Both the position numbers and the translations under genes were made by a program. Below, piece by piece: positions 26,892-40,594 of a stretch of DNA of 64,000 bases. Numbering within the stretch: the first letter of the stretch is position 1; every line of letters begins with the position of its first letter. The stretch spans positions 620,001-684,000 of the forward strand of contig NIVC01000309.1 in the NCBI GenBank assembly GCA_002269645.1, in the 5' to 3' direction. This stretch comes from Macrostomum lignano (Eukaryota). Under the pieces are notes generated by a model that did no database searches, was not told the origin of the DNA, and saw nothing but the letters and a program-made list of their open reading frames with translations.

Positions 26892-28115
26892 TTACAGCGC
26901 CTGGCTGACACAAAACAGCAGCATTGAGACGGCCAATAGTATGGCCCACCGCCACCAGCAGCTCCAAGGCGACTCGAGCTGCAAGCCTTCAACTGTGTTG
27001 GCGTTGGCCAGCATTGGCTGCAGATATCGTCCAGAAACCAATACGTGAGCCAAGTCTGGCAGCATGAGGCCGGCATTTCTCGAGTGGTGCATGAAAGAAG
27101 CCAGCCTACTGGCTCGCACAGCCGCAGATGCCGGGTCGAACAGGTAGTGATCGGCGAATCCGCTGACCAGGTGCGACGCCGCTAAGCAGAACACAATTGA
27201 CAACTTGACTCGATTGATAGCCGATTCGACATTGCACAGGTGCAATACTAGCGCGGCAACGATTAGCTCGCTAGCGTAAAAGTACATATGATGCCTAATA
27301 AGACTGTACATTGGCGTCTTCTCGTTCAGGTACATTAAATAGCTCCACCAGGAGTAATAGTTGGGATAGATGTTGAGCAAAGTTAGACAGACGAAAGCTG
27401 GACGAAGTTTACTGAGGCCGTGGCGCATGACAATGCAGGTGAGGCTCTCGACAGCTTTGTAACATAGCAGCGCCTGTGATGATGATTTCATCATTAAATT
27501 ATGCTTTGATTACAACAAGGGTGACCTTGGAGTGGCTTCAAATTCAAACACTTCATCATAAACTAGCAGTGCAATCAGAAAACACTCGCTGATTCTTAAC
27601 CTATCCGTTCTATGTTGAAACTTGTTGTAGGTGACACTTGGTGATTCACAATTATCTCGTTTATGGGAGATATAGCAATTCACAATATCCCCCCTTTAAG
27701 GAAGATTTATCGATTCACAATATCCCCTTTATGGGAGATTTAACGATTCACAATATCCCCTTTATGGGAGATTTATCGATTCACAAAAGCCCTTTTTATT
27801 CATAAAATACACAAGCACTATAAGATTGCACACCTGCAGCACAGTGAGGCAGTACATGGCCAATGTGCACCCATTGCTATTCCAGTAAACGCTGTGATAG
27901 GCATGGTGTCCAGGCGTCTCTCTCGATCCCACGCTGATCGTGTCCCAGCACTCGCACCCAGCACAAGTGGCAAAGTCAACTTCAGTTTTGGCAAATAAAT
28001 GGCGAGTGGCAATGTGTTGAACAGCAGGGATGCCACATAGTAGTGTTATGGCTATTGCCATGGCAACTAGGGTAGGGCCAGTGTGGCCTAGCGTGGCGGC
28101 AGCGAGTCTCAGCAT
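26892..28115 (-). CDS. 287-aa uncharacterised multipass membrane protein
   Basis: Exons 28115-27834 and 27473-26892 (phase 0, CAG|GT...CAG|). N-terminal hydrophobic anchor, CAGCECWDT motif, YPNYYSWWSYLMYLNE and several TM-like segments. Resembles from memory an unnamed invertebrate family. Confidence 0.8.
27643..27785. repeat. ~29-bp intronic tandem repeat (GATTCACAATATCCCCTTTTATGGGAGATTTATC-like)
   Basis: About 4-5 degenerate units. Confidence 0.75.
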
Positions 28116-31100
28116 GAAGTTAAAGTTAAAGATCTACTTAAAAATGTAGAAAACAAAACATTACTACGTATAAATTTAGCTAGAACAATCACCATATAGT
28201 TAATTTTAAGAGTTTTACTTCCATGGTCTACATAGTCATATTCTTGATGAAAAATTAAGACTATTTCTAATCATATTAAAGAGCATGGCATACTGATATC
28301 TTTATCTAGGTGTTTTGTGTCATAGTTATGCTAGGGGATAAAAGAATTTTTGCCATAATAAAAAAGACTATTATTCTATTTGGAATAAAAGGTTTTTTAA
28401 AATAATAAAATATATTGTTAATGAAATAAAAGACAATTTTGGTAGAAATCTATCAAGTCATATTTTATTTTATTTTATTTTTTGTAGTTTTGTTCAATGG
28501 AAAAATTTTACTTTTAGATGTTCTAGAAGATGTGAAATATACATGATAAAGATGACCAATTTTTATATATAAAGTTGAACTTAATTAAATTAGAAAAACA
28601 TGTCAAATAGTTGGCCCTTTATGCTACTTAATTTAAAAAGAAGTTATCAAATAAAAACAAGTAATAATAGCAACATAAAATTATTTTGTGAAAACTTTTC
28701 TTTGTTTAAATAGTTTTTGTAGACAGTTATTAAAAACATTTTACATATAATATATGTATATTCAATATAAAATTTATATATAAATGGGAATGCTAAAAAC
28801 CTAGTAGCATTAAGTACAATATATATTTTTTAATCATTTCAAGCTGTTATCTTAGGCTCTATATACTTCTGAAATAAGCTTAAATATATTTTGGTATTTA
28901 TAGAGACCTAGAACAGGCCATACTAATATTAATAATAAAGATCTAACATTGGATCCTAATGCTAATGTATTATGTATCTAGAATTAGTTTAGGCCTACCT
29001 ATTGTTACTCAAATAGTTTCATTTTGATTCTACACCAGCGAGTGTGAGTCAGCGACCAGCTTAAGTCAACAATACTAAGTAGAGACATGCCTGAATAAAA
29101 ATTTGTAATTCTTTAGCAATTCTTTTAGGAAAATAAATCGTGTAAAATTATATACAGTGTAACTGAAATTGTGAAATTTCAACAAGGAAAATGTTGCTAA
29201 AAATGAAGGAAACTCTCAGTTATTTTAGAGTCTCTCCAAGTTAATCATTAAGTAGCAAATTATGAAACAACAGAATTTATTTCTAGGCGCGACATAACAA
29301 TAATATTATATAATTTTATCATTTATTGAGAGATAGTTACACGATGAACAAGGTCATTTCAGCAAAAGCGCTCATGCACTTTTTTTTAAGTCCCTAAGTT
29401 AAAATTTGCTAACTGTAACTTGTGTCAAAAAGAAAAAACGTTTCTGTTTAACAATATAATCTGTGTATATTTATATTACTTATTGACAAACTAAAAGTTT
29501 ACCTTAATCATATATTAACTATATTCATTGGATATTTTGTTTACAATCAAATATTTTTCGGATTCAGGCTTGTCAAGTTATCGCGGCATGCAATCGAAAC
29601 AGTCACTCATATCTTTATCTTTTATAGTTAAATCTGCAGGAATATATAATCCCCATATTTTTTCATAAAAATTTAGATTAAAACTGAAAATCAAGCAGAA
29701 AAACGAGCAAACACATCTGGTGAATTAACATCTATACATGTGCCCCAGAAATAAAAAAATCTTATTTTTTTTACTTTCTGTAGTTTTTTTTCAAAAGTAT
29801 ACGCTAGCTGCGCTGTTGCTACAGCTTAAAATAGATTTTGCATCAGTGACACTCACAACGCTTAGCTTTATATCTTTAACAACTTTGTAGGCCTGTATAT
29901 GGTATACTATAACTAAAAAATCAAAATTGTTACATGTACATGTATAAACCATGTAGAGACTCCCTCCAATGAGTATGAGCCCTGATAAGCTGTTAGTGTT
30001 GAATAAAAATCACTATAATGGCTTGCTTAAGTTTCCTTAATTCAGATCAGCAAATGTGTACATGTACATGTAAATGTGTACTTTTGCGCGTACATATGTG
30101 ACAAAATTTTGTCTGCATGGACTTGTCGATCACGATCGTGCCTGAGCGTAACGTACACATTACGATTATGCGTATTTTAAATTCTGCCGAATCCTAGCTG
30201 TGAGTAAAGAGCAGGGCCATTAAGCAATAAAGTTCAAAGAGTTAAGATTCAGAGTGATTTAAGGCTATCTGAGTGAGAAACTGCATGTACATATGCAGGG
30301 CTGCATATTTTGTTGTTGTTGACATGAAAAGCGAGAGCAACGCATGTAGCTCATACTGTACATGTGAGATTCTACTTCATCTTTTCCATACCGCACGACT
30401 CCAGAGTCTCCAGAGTATTTGAAAAAGTTGTCTAGAATCAAAGAAAGCCAATTAGCAGTTTGATATAGTAACTACGAATTCCGATTTTCAGTTTATAGTT
30501 CCGGAATGTACTATTTTTAACTAAATATAAAAACTTTTGCTCTCTTTTGCTAGAGTCGTTTTTTACTAGACTTCTGTAGGGTTTTACAGTACAAAGGTAC
30601 AAAAGTATATGTTTTTTAAATACAGTAATAATGGAATTTATGGTATGATTGGCTGTATTTATTCAACATAAACTCATTTATAATTTATCGGCCTGAAAAC
30701 GAAGACTAAGTAAGACGAAGTTACCTACGTTTTGTCTTGTACGTGTATTTTATAGCTCATGCTCTTAAACTATTGCTTCTGAATGTTACAACTGAAAAAT
30801 AATGCAACCATACAGTTAAAATGACAGACTGAATTAATTGTCACCAATGATAGTATGGTACTAATGAGTTTCACTTCAAACTTCGCATTTCAACTTGTTA
30901 TACAACCACCAATGACATAATGATAAATATGTAATTTAAAGTATACAGTGATTCAAAAACATAAGTGGCATAATAATACAGCCGGTTTCTCACTGATATT
31001 TTGAAATCTCAAGCTACAGAGGTATAGATGCTCGTAAATTATCCCGATACTAATATAGTTCTTTTAGGTTTTAAAGTAAAAAACAAAGGCCTAATTTCTT

Positions 31101-31614
31101 TACTTGTTTACAACATCGTAATACAGACAAATTATACGTATTAACTGCTTTACATATGTGCATTTAAAAGCTAATAAATAATTAGGAATTTTAGCTACAA
31201 TTAGTCTAGTTTTCTAGTTGAACTAGAAAAGTTCTTCAAAGAAAGATTCTTCTTGAAAGAAATAAACTGATAAAATTTAATATTGCAATATGTTATAAAG
31301 GAAACTGATTGAATGGCTTTAAAAACATCTATTTTAGTGAGAATAATGTTTCAAAAATTAAAATTTAATGAAGCAATAATTGCCTAGTAAGAGCATTCTA
31401 ATAGCTCTTCAATAATTCTTAGTGGGTGGTTTTTATTTAGATGAATTATTGCAATGCTTTAATGAGGATTTTATCTTTTTTTCAATGAATTCAGCTTAAC
31501 AAATAAGTAATATTTAATTGGAATTTAAGCTTACAATCGCAAATCAACTTTTCTGTCATATTAATCAATAAGTAAACCGAAACTTGACAAGTTGCAATCT
31601 GCAGTCAGGCCCTG

Positions 31615-34600
31615 ATGGACTCGGACCATGTGCCAATCAAGCGGACCAGGACTCGCTCGTCTGAGCAGAGCGGATTGCTCGATCGATCGCTGGTGCTCAA
31701 ATGGCCGAAAGAGGAGCTGCAGGACAGGTTCCTGACCCTCTATCACGAGCATAGCCAGCTGAAGGAGAAAATGCGGGAACAGGAGGATGCGCTCAAGAAC
31801 TCGAAGCTGGTGCAGACAAAAACGCAAGAAAAGGTGAGCCACGGAAAAGAGTAAAAACCGTTTGTACTTTTTTCGTCTCAAGTCGAGGTGCCCATGGGCG
31901 AAATAAGCAAAAAAATTAACAGACATTATTCTTTTTTATTATTATGAAAATAACCCAGCCTTAAGTAAAAATCTCTGTCTGTATCAACTTTATGGAGAAT
32001 TGAATTTGAATATATAGAAATTATAATGATACACTGACTGGTATAGCTCAGCGTCCACTTTACTTTATTATCTGCCAACTCAGCACAATCATTATTTGTC
32101 ATCCTTATTGTTCATCGTCTCTACTCTTCATCTTCCCTATCCTTCATCATCCCTATCCTTCATCATCCCTATCCTTCATCATCCCTATCCTTCAACATCC
32201 CTATCCTTCATCATCCCTATCCTTCATCATCCCTATCCTTCATCATCCCTATCCTTCATCATCCCTATCCTTCATCATCCCTATCCTTCATCATCCCTAT
32301 CCTTCATCATCCCTATCCTTCATCATCCCTATCCTTCATCATCCCTATCCTTCATCATCCCTATCCTTCATCATCCCTATCCTTCATCATCCCTATCCTT
32401 CATCATCCCTATCCTTCATCATCCCTATCCTTCATCATCCCTATCCTTCATCATCCCTATCCTTCATCATCCCTATCCTTCATCATCCCTATTATTCATC
32501 GTCATCAACTCAGCATCCCTTGTTTTTCATCAATTCGCCAAGTCATTCGTCATCATTGTTCTCAACTCAACCTTGCCCATCCAGCTGCGCCAACTGCAGT
32601 CCCGGATGGGCGCCTCGCAAGCTGAGATTCGCGCCACAGACCAAGTTGTGAAGCTGGAGATGAGGCTGGTTGAGCTGGAGAAGCAGAACGCACAGCTGCA
32701 TGGCCGGATGGCGCTGAAAAATGCGCAGGCCGGGTCGGCCGCTGGCGGCGGGTCGCCGAAACGGCGCGGCGGCTATCGTGGCGGGAGCTCGAGCTCGCGA
32801 CTGCAAAACCGAGGCCTGTCGTCCAGTTTTGGAGGCGGCGTGGGCAGCGGCGGCGGTAACTCTGAGGAGCTGCAGCGGCTTCGGCAAGAGGTGGAGTCGC
32901 TAAAGGAGCAGCTGAACCTGAAGGACATGGAGTTGAAGAGCGCTGCTAAGGTTCGTAATAATACACTACCCATACTATTGATAGTAGTAATGTTACTACG
33001 AGGCGTAATATCAATACTTCCTTCTTTCCAAGATTATGCACTCAGAGGCAGTACTTGCTACTGTCAGTAGTATTAGCGCACTTAGATAATTTATTACTAC
33101 TGATAGTAGCAGTGTTACTTATGTTTTAATACTACTGATAGTGGCAAACGTACTTATATTTTAATACTACTGATAGTAGCAAACTTACTTTATTTTAATA
33201 CTACTGATAGTAGCAAACTTACTTTATTTTAATACTACTGATAGTGGCAAACTTACTTATATTTTAATATTTAATATTTTAATAGTGCTGATAATAGCAA
33301 ACTTACTTATATTTTAATACTACTGATAGTAGCAAACTTACTTTATTTTAATACTACTGATAGTGGCAAACTTACTTATATTTTAATACTACTGATAATA
33401 GCAAACTTACTTATATTTTAATACTACTGATAGTAGCAAACTTACTTTATTTTAATACTACTGATAGTAGCAAACTTGCCTATATTTTAATACTACTGAT
33501 AGTAGCAGTCTTACTTATATTTTAATACTACTGATAGTAGCAGTCTTACTTATATTTTAATACTACTGATAGTAGCAAACTTGCCTTTATTTTAATACTA
33601 CTGATAGTAGCAGTCTTACTTATATTTTAATACTACTGATAGTAGCAAACTTGCTTATATTTTTATACTACTGATAGTAGCAGTCTTACTTCTGTTTCAA
33701 TACTCTTGAAATCTTCACAACGCTCCGCGTATCCAGGACGCCAACTCGGAGCGAGAGACGGCCCGCATTCAGGCGGGCGGCTCCCAGCTGATGTCGATGC
33801 AGGAGGATCTCGAGAGAGTGCGGATGCAGCGCCAGCTACGCGAGAAGACCGCCATGGTTGATCAGCTGCAGTTGCGCTGCGACACTCTCGAGGAGCGAAT
33901 CCGGGACCTTCAGTCGGCCAACTCCGCCCTGATGCAGAGCTCCGAGCAGTCAAGACTCAGCGCCCGGCTTCGAGACGAAGAGGCGGCGGTCTCAGCTGGC
34001 AGCGAGGCCGTGAGTCAGGCTACTCAGAAGCGGCTGCTGCAGATGGAGCTGGCTCTGGAGGATGCGAGGGCCGAAGCTCAGATTCTGAGGGAGTCCAATG
34101 AGAAACTCATCGCCAGGTGAGGATTCCATTCTTCATCATCCCTAGCTCAGCATCCCCTTTTATTCTTCATCCCCAATCTCAGCATCCTCTATTCTTCATC
34201 ATCCTGAACTCAGCATCTCTTATTCTTCATCATCCCTAGCTCAGCATCTCTTATTCTTCATCATCCCTAGCTCAGCATCTCTTATTCTTCATCATTCCTA
34301 GCTCAGCATTTCTTATTCTTCATCATCCCTAAACTCAGCATCCTTCATTCCTCACTATCTCTAATTCGTCACGTCATCTTTTACTCTTCATCATTATCAG
34401 CTCAGAATCTCTTATTCTTCATTATAAAAGTCCATCCAGCCTCTCCATTCCTCACCATCTTCAGCACTGCATCCCTGTTCTTTATTTCTATCGTTAGCAC
34501 CTGACCTTATCTTTGCAAAAGCTTTAATTTTACCGTAATATCTTCCGCCATTTATCCCAAAAAATAATCTCATAATTTTGCAGCGCATTCGACACGCAGA

Positions 34601-36414
34601 AGGAGCGGCAGTGGCGCATCCGTGAGATGGCCCTGATGACGCAGATTCGTCAGTTGGAAGCTGGCAAAGACAGCGCAGCCTCAACGACCCGCGAGAACTC
34701 TTCTCCAGGTCATAAAACTGATCAAAACAATGCCGGAACAGGGCCCGGAAGCGACTCGGATCTGGAAATGGAGTTGAACACGCTGAGAGTTCGGTACTAT
34801 GACCTGCAGCTGAAGAATGAGGCCATGGCGGAGAGGCTAGCGGCCCTGGACTATCGGGTGAGAGAACCAGGGAGCTCTAGGTTGGGAAGATTGAATATTG
34901 GGGATGGTTGAGAAATCTTTCTTTTCGTAGCTAAAATTAGATTGGTTCTGGACTACGGATGGCTTACCTGGTGCTGGCTTACCTGGTGCTGGCCTACCTG
35001 GTGCTGGCCTACCTGGTGCTGGCCTACCTGGTGCTGGCCTACCTGGTGCTGGCTTACCTGGTGCTGGCCTACCTGGTGCTGGCCTACCTGGTGCTGGCTT
35101 ACCTGGTGCTGGCCTACCTGGTGCTGGCCTACCTGGTGCTGGCCTACCTGGTGCTGGCCTACCTGGTGCTGGCCTACCTGGTGCTGGCCTACCTGGTGCT
35201 GGCGCCCCTGGTGCTGGCCTACCTGGTGCTGGCGCCCAAATTCAAATGAAATGGCGCTACCTTCAAATGAAATGGCACCACATTCAAATCAAATGGCGCT
35301 ACCTTCTGATGAAATGGCGCCACCTTCGAATGAAATGGGGCGCTACCTTCTAATGAAATGGCGCTACCTTCAAATCAAATGGCGCCTCCAAATCGATGCA
35401 GCCCCCTACTGAAAAATCTTGGCAAGCGATGGCACACCAACTGCCCTACTGACAGTAGCATGCATAGACTCAGCTGCCACTGACCATTCCAGAAGCGGGG
35501 CATCTCAGACAACGATTTTCACGCCGCTCTGTCGCTGGTCCGGCGTCAACAGGAGTCGGCCGAGCTCCAGCCGAGCGACCTGATCTTCCTGAAGCGGTCG
35601 ACGCCACTGCTGAACGACTCAGCGGGAACCGGCGCCGACAGCCAGGCCCAGCGCCGGATCCTCGAACTGGAGGTCGCCCACGCCGACGCTGTGGCTGAGC
35701 TGGACAAGGCGCGCGAGTTGCTGAAGGCCCAGCAGCTGCTGTCAGCCGACACCAAGGCCGGGGCCAGCCTCACCGAGTTCCGCCTGCAGGAGGTGCGCGA
35801 CGAATACGAAACTCGAATTGGGGAGCTCAACCGGCTGCTGGAGATTCGGTCTGCTCGAGTTCGACAGCTTGAAGAGCAGCTGGCCAGCCGCGCCTACAGC
35901 AGCGTCGGCGCCAAAGTGGCGCCTACTCAGCTGAAAATGGCGCTAGAGGAGGCTGAGGCGGAGGCTGAGGCGCCGGTGATGCCGAGGAAGCAGCGCCAGG
36001 CCATGGAGGCGCCACCGCCGAAGGCGCCGTCACCGCCACCTGCCAAGGCCAGCCCTGCCGGCTCTGTGGTTGAGGAGGCCTGCGTTGAGGTGGGGATCTT
36101 TTAGACCGGTTTTCATTTTGGGAATTGATTAGAATTTTCCTGTGCTAGTCGAATTGCTCTTTTGTTATTTGTTCTGCTTTTGATTTCTGACAAGAAGCAT
36201 TAGGGCTCTTAAATTGTTTCTAGGATTAAATGTTTCAGATTTTTATTCATTTTGCATACAGCAGCAATCACTCAGTGTATTGATAAATCACCTAATCAAT
36301 TAAATGATTAATAAATCAATAGAACAATTTATCGATTGACAAATCAATCGCCAAGTTCATCAGTCCAACCACCCGACCGAACAATCAATCAATCAATCAA
36401 TCTATCACCCTGTT

Positions 36415-36455
<41 letters not shown>

Positions 36456-36541
36456 GTCATTCAATCAATCACTTAATAAATCAAATCAATAAAGCAATCA
36501 ATCAATCAATTAATCAATCAATCAATTAATCAATCAATCCG

Positions 36542-36618
<77 letters not shown>

Positions 36619-37219
36619 CAATCAATCAATCAATCATTCAATCATTCAATCATTCAATCATTCAATCAATCAATCATTCAATCATTCAATCAATCAATCA
36701 TTCAATCTTTCAATCAATCATTCAATCAATCAATCATTCAATCATTCAATCAATCAATCATTCAATCAATCATTCAATCAATCAATCATTAAATCAATCA
36801 TTCAATCAATCAATCATTCAATCATTCAATCAATCAATCATTCAATCAATCATTCAATCAATCAATCATTAAATCAATCATTCAATGAATCAATCATTCA
36901 ATCATTCAATCAATCAATCATTCAATCAATTAATCATTAAATCAATCATTCAATCATTCAATCAATCATTCAATCAATCATTCAATCATTCAATCATTCA
37001 ATCAATCATTCAATCAATCATTCAATCAATCATTCAATCATTCAATCAATCATTCGATCAATCAATCATTCAATCAATCAATCATTAAATCAATCATTCA
37101 ATCAATCAATCATTCAATCATTCAATCAATCAATCATTCAATCAATCAATCAATCATTCAATCAATTAATCAATCATTCAATCAATCATTCAATCAATCA
37201 ATCATTCAATCAATCAATC

Positions 37220-37266
<47 letters not shown>

Positions 37267-40200
37267 CAATCAATCATTCAATCAATCAATCAATCATTCA
37301 ATCAATCATTCAATCATTCAATCAATTAATCAATCATTCAATCAATCATTCAATCAATCAATCATTCAATCAATCAATCAATCATTCAATCAATCAATCA
37401 ATCATTCAATCAATCAATCATTCAATCAATCAATCATTCAATCAATCAATCATTCAATCATTCAATCAATCATTCAATCAATCAATCATTCAATCAATCA
37501 ATCATTCATTCAATCAATCAATCATTCAATCAATCAATCAATCATTCAATCAATCAATCAATCATTCAATCAATCAATCGCTCCCAGCAAATCCAAGGCG
37601 TTGCCGAGTCCGCCTACCGCGAGAAGCGCAGCGCTAGCCAGGAGCGGCCGAGCTCCGCCCAGGTTGTCAGTTCGATGGCCGCCCGTCTGGACGCCCCGCC
37701 AGACCGCTCGCTGGCGGACTTGGAGGCTTCGCAGAGCAGCGACAACGAGAGCGTGCACAGCGTGGTGGTGAGGCACAGATCCGGGATCCATAAAGCCCAG
37801 CAACAGAGGCAGCTTAACCATGGCCTAACCCCGCCTGCATGATTGAATCATTTAAAAATCATGGATTGCTAATTTACACACTGACTTGCAATTTGATTCA
37901 ATCTATAACATCGTTATAACTACTCAAATTTTAACAATCAAACGTTGCTTGAATTTTGCTCAATCTGCTAACTATTATAACAAATACAGCATTCTTTTCT
38001 TCTGCTGATGACTCATCTGCACTCTCCGCCCGCCCCTCATCGCAGCCGGAGCCAATCAAAGTGAAGCCTCGCGAGTCCGGCATCCCTCTGTACACCAAGG
38101 ACAGCATCAAACTGGTGGTGGACACCAAGCTGAGGGATCTGAGCGCTGGCGGCGCGCGGAATGGCGGTTGGTCCGATTTTTACTGCGATCCCGGCATTCA
38201 CACATACTCTCCCAGAATTCACACAAATCTGCTCCTGCCATTCACACAAATCTGCTCCCGACATTCACACAAATATGTTCCCTGTATTTACACAAATATT
38301 CTCCTGGCAATCACACAATTATTCTCCCGGCATTCACACAAATATTTTTCTCGCATTCACACAAATATTTTCTCGGCATTCACACAAATATTCGGCCTGC
38401 ATTCACACAAATATTCTCCTGAAAGTCACACAATTATTCTCTCGGCATTCAAACAATTATTCTTCTGACAATCAAACAAATATTCTCCTGGAATTTGTCT
38501 CCTGCTAAGGACTCTCACTTTTTTCCCGTGTACACGCAATCTTTACGACACAATTGCACAAACAATTAACACAAATTCTCACATCCCATTAACACAATTT
38601 CACACAAACTATTAACACACAGTCACACAACCCATTAACACACATTCATACAAACCATTAACACGCATTCACACAACCCATTAACACGCATTCACACAAA
38701 CAAGTAACACACATTCACACAACCCATTAACACGCATTCACACAAACAAGTAACACAGTCACACAACCCATTAACCCAGATTCACACAAACCATTAACAC
38801 ACATTCACACAACCCACTAACGCACATTCACACAACCCATTACCAAATTCACACAACCCGTTACCAAATTCACACAACCCGTTACCACATTCACACACTC
38901 ACTTACCAGCATTCACCATCGCTCCCCAATTTTCAGAATCCTCCCTGCCGCCGCCGCCGCCATACGAGGACCCATGCTACGGCAAGCCGCAGCAGCGGGG
39001 GCGAGACGACCAGCCCCAACCGGAGCCGCGAAAGAAGAAGCTGCAGCCGGATGATGAGGCCATTGTTAAGCCGCCAGTGGAGCAGCAGATGACGAAGCTG
39101 ACAGCGGCCACAGTTGCCGCTGAGTCGACGGCGGTAGCGTCGACAACAGCCGAAGTCGACAAAGAAGAAGCCGACGTCGAAGATCGGAGGACCGAGGACG
39201 GCGACGGTGACGGTGGCGAAGAGGTGGCTACCGAGTCCGACGCGGACTCCGCCGTGGTCGTTGTGGTGGACAAGCCGTCGACGAAGCTTCGGCTGCAGAC
39301 AGCGCCCGCGGCTCCTGCAATCGTAAGCCAGTGCTACGTGCAGGTGCTCGAGCTCTACCTGGATCCTAACTCTGACTCTCTGGCTAACGACGATCTGGAC
39401 GAGACCGCCTGCTTCGTGGCCTTCAGCCTGCCCGGCTACGACTGCGAGGACACGGAGACGCCGTTGTCCATCAAGACGCCAAGGCCGGGCGCTTCTAGGG
39501 ACGCCGAGTTCACGCTGCGGTACAACTTCAAGAGGGTAAGCGCGACAGTTTTTTGGGCTTGGGTGCAGGTGAGAAGGGGCTGGATGCAGGCGATAAGGGG
39601 CTGGGTGCAGGTGATAAGGGGCTGGGTGCAGGTGATAAGGGGCTTGGTGCAGGTGATAACAAGCGGATGCAGATAACAAGTGGGTACACGTGATAATGAG
39701 TGAGTGCAGGTGATAAAACGTGGGTGCAGGTGATAACGAATGAGTTTAAGTGATAACAAGCGGATCCAGATAACAAGTGGGTACAGGTGATAACGAGTTG
39801 CAGGTGAAAAAACGTTGGTGCAGGTGATAACAAGTGAGAGTACATGTTGTAGTAACAATTGGGTGCCGTTGATAAGGGGAAAATACATATACCAATTCTA
39901 AAATGTATACAAAACGCAACAAACAGACCTACGACTACAACTTCGACAAAAACTACGATAAGCGACGCCAGCTGGCCTCAGTTATGCTGCTTGGCGATCA
40001 GTCCGCCTTAGAGTTCAGCGTCGTCTGCGAGGCGCTGGACGGGAGCGACTTTTTCTTCGATTTGGCCAAGGCCCAGCTGCCTCTGGATAAATTTAATGAC
40101 AGTCGGAGGCCCGCTGAAGAGACTCTCAACGGTAAGAGTGTATAATAGTGCATGAGTCAGTGTGCATAAGGGAAGATTAGTCACTGATGTACGTTATGAG

Positions 40201-40594
40201 ATGAATCATAAACTGTACATTTATCAATGAGTCATTCATGCATGATATTTTGGAGCTGGATGAGTCATCAATGTACGCTTGGCTAAGAGCCGATCAGCTC
40301 TATGAAAATTCAAGCACTAACCTAAATCTAAACTCTAACCTTAGATAAACCCTAATCCTACACTAGAGACCTTAACCCTAACCTACAAGTCAACAGCATT
40401 AAAAAGATCGATATGTGTAGTAGCTATACGTTCGTACATGCAGTCTATGAATTGACGCGATAAATCAAAATTGTTTTATTTCAGTGGTATCGAACGGTCA
40501 GATAATTGGAACGCTCAAAGTGGCAACCGATTTGCCGAATCTGTTGCGAGCTGTCAACAAAGAGCTGCCGCCATCTGTCAAGCGCAGAGGCTAA
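31615..40594 (+). CDS. RPGRIP1L: RPGRIP1L/Fantom/MKS5-like ciliary transition-zone protein, ~1016 aa, lacking the central C2 domains
   Basis: Exons 31615-31833, 32585-32950, 33737-34116, 34584-34857, 35493-36089, 37588-37767, 38046-38166, 38937-39535, 39927-40131, 40485-40594 join in frame (3051 nt). Motifs recalled as RPGRIP1L-like: EELQDRFLTLYHE, ELEKQN, SAFDTQKERQWRIRE, LEVAHADAVAELDKARELL, LLEIRSARVRQLEEQL..AY, C-terminal C2 (ETPLSIKTP...IGTLKV). Confidence 0.88.
32130..32490. repeat. 16-bp intronic repeat CATCATCCCTATCCTT
   Basis: Read directly. Confidence 0.9.
33090..33690. repeat. ~35-bp AT-rich intronic repeat (ATACTACTGATAGTAGCAAACTTACTTATATTTTA)
   Basis: Read directly. Confidence 0.9.
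34130..34420. repeat. ~31-bp degenerate intronic repeat (TTATTCTTCATCATCCCTAGCTCAGCATCTC)
   Basis: Read directly. Confidence 0.75.
34962..35390. repeat. 15-bp repeat CCTACCTGGTGCTGG followed by ~21-bp AAATGGCGCTACCTTC units
   Basis: Read directly; source of the 'WCWPT/LVLAY' ORFs. Confidence 0.9.
36380..37578. repeat. (TCAA/TCAT)n microsatellite
   Basis: Read directly. Confidence 0.95.
38190..38900. repeat. Two ~23-bp CA-rich intronic minisatellites (CATTCACACAAATATTCTCCCGG; ATTAACACACATTCACACAACCC)
   Basis: Read directly. Confidence 0.8.
39558..39850. repeat. 21-bp intronic repeat GGGCTGGGTGCAGGTGATAAG, degenerating 3'
   Basis: Read directly. Confidence 0.85.
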
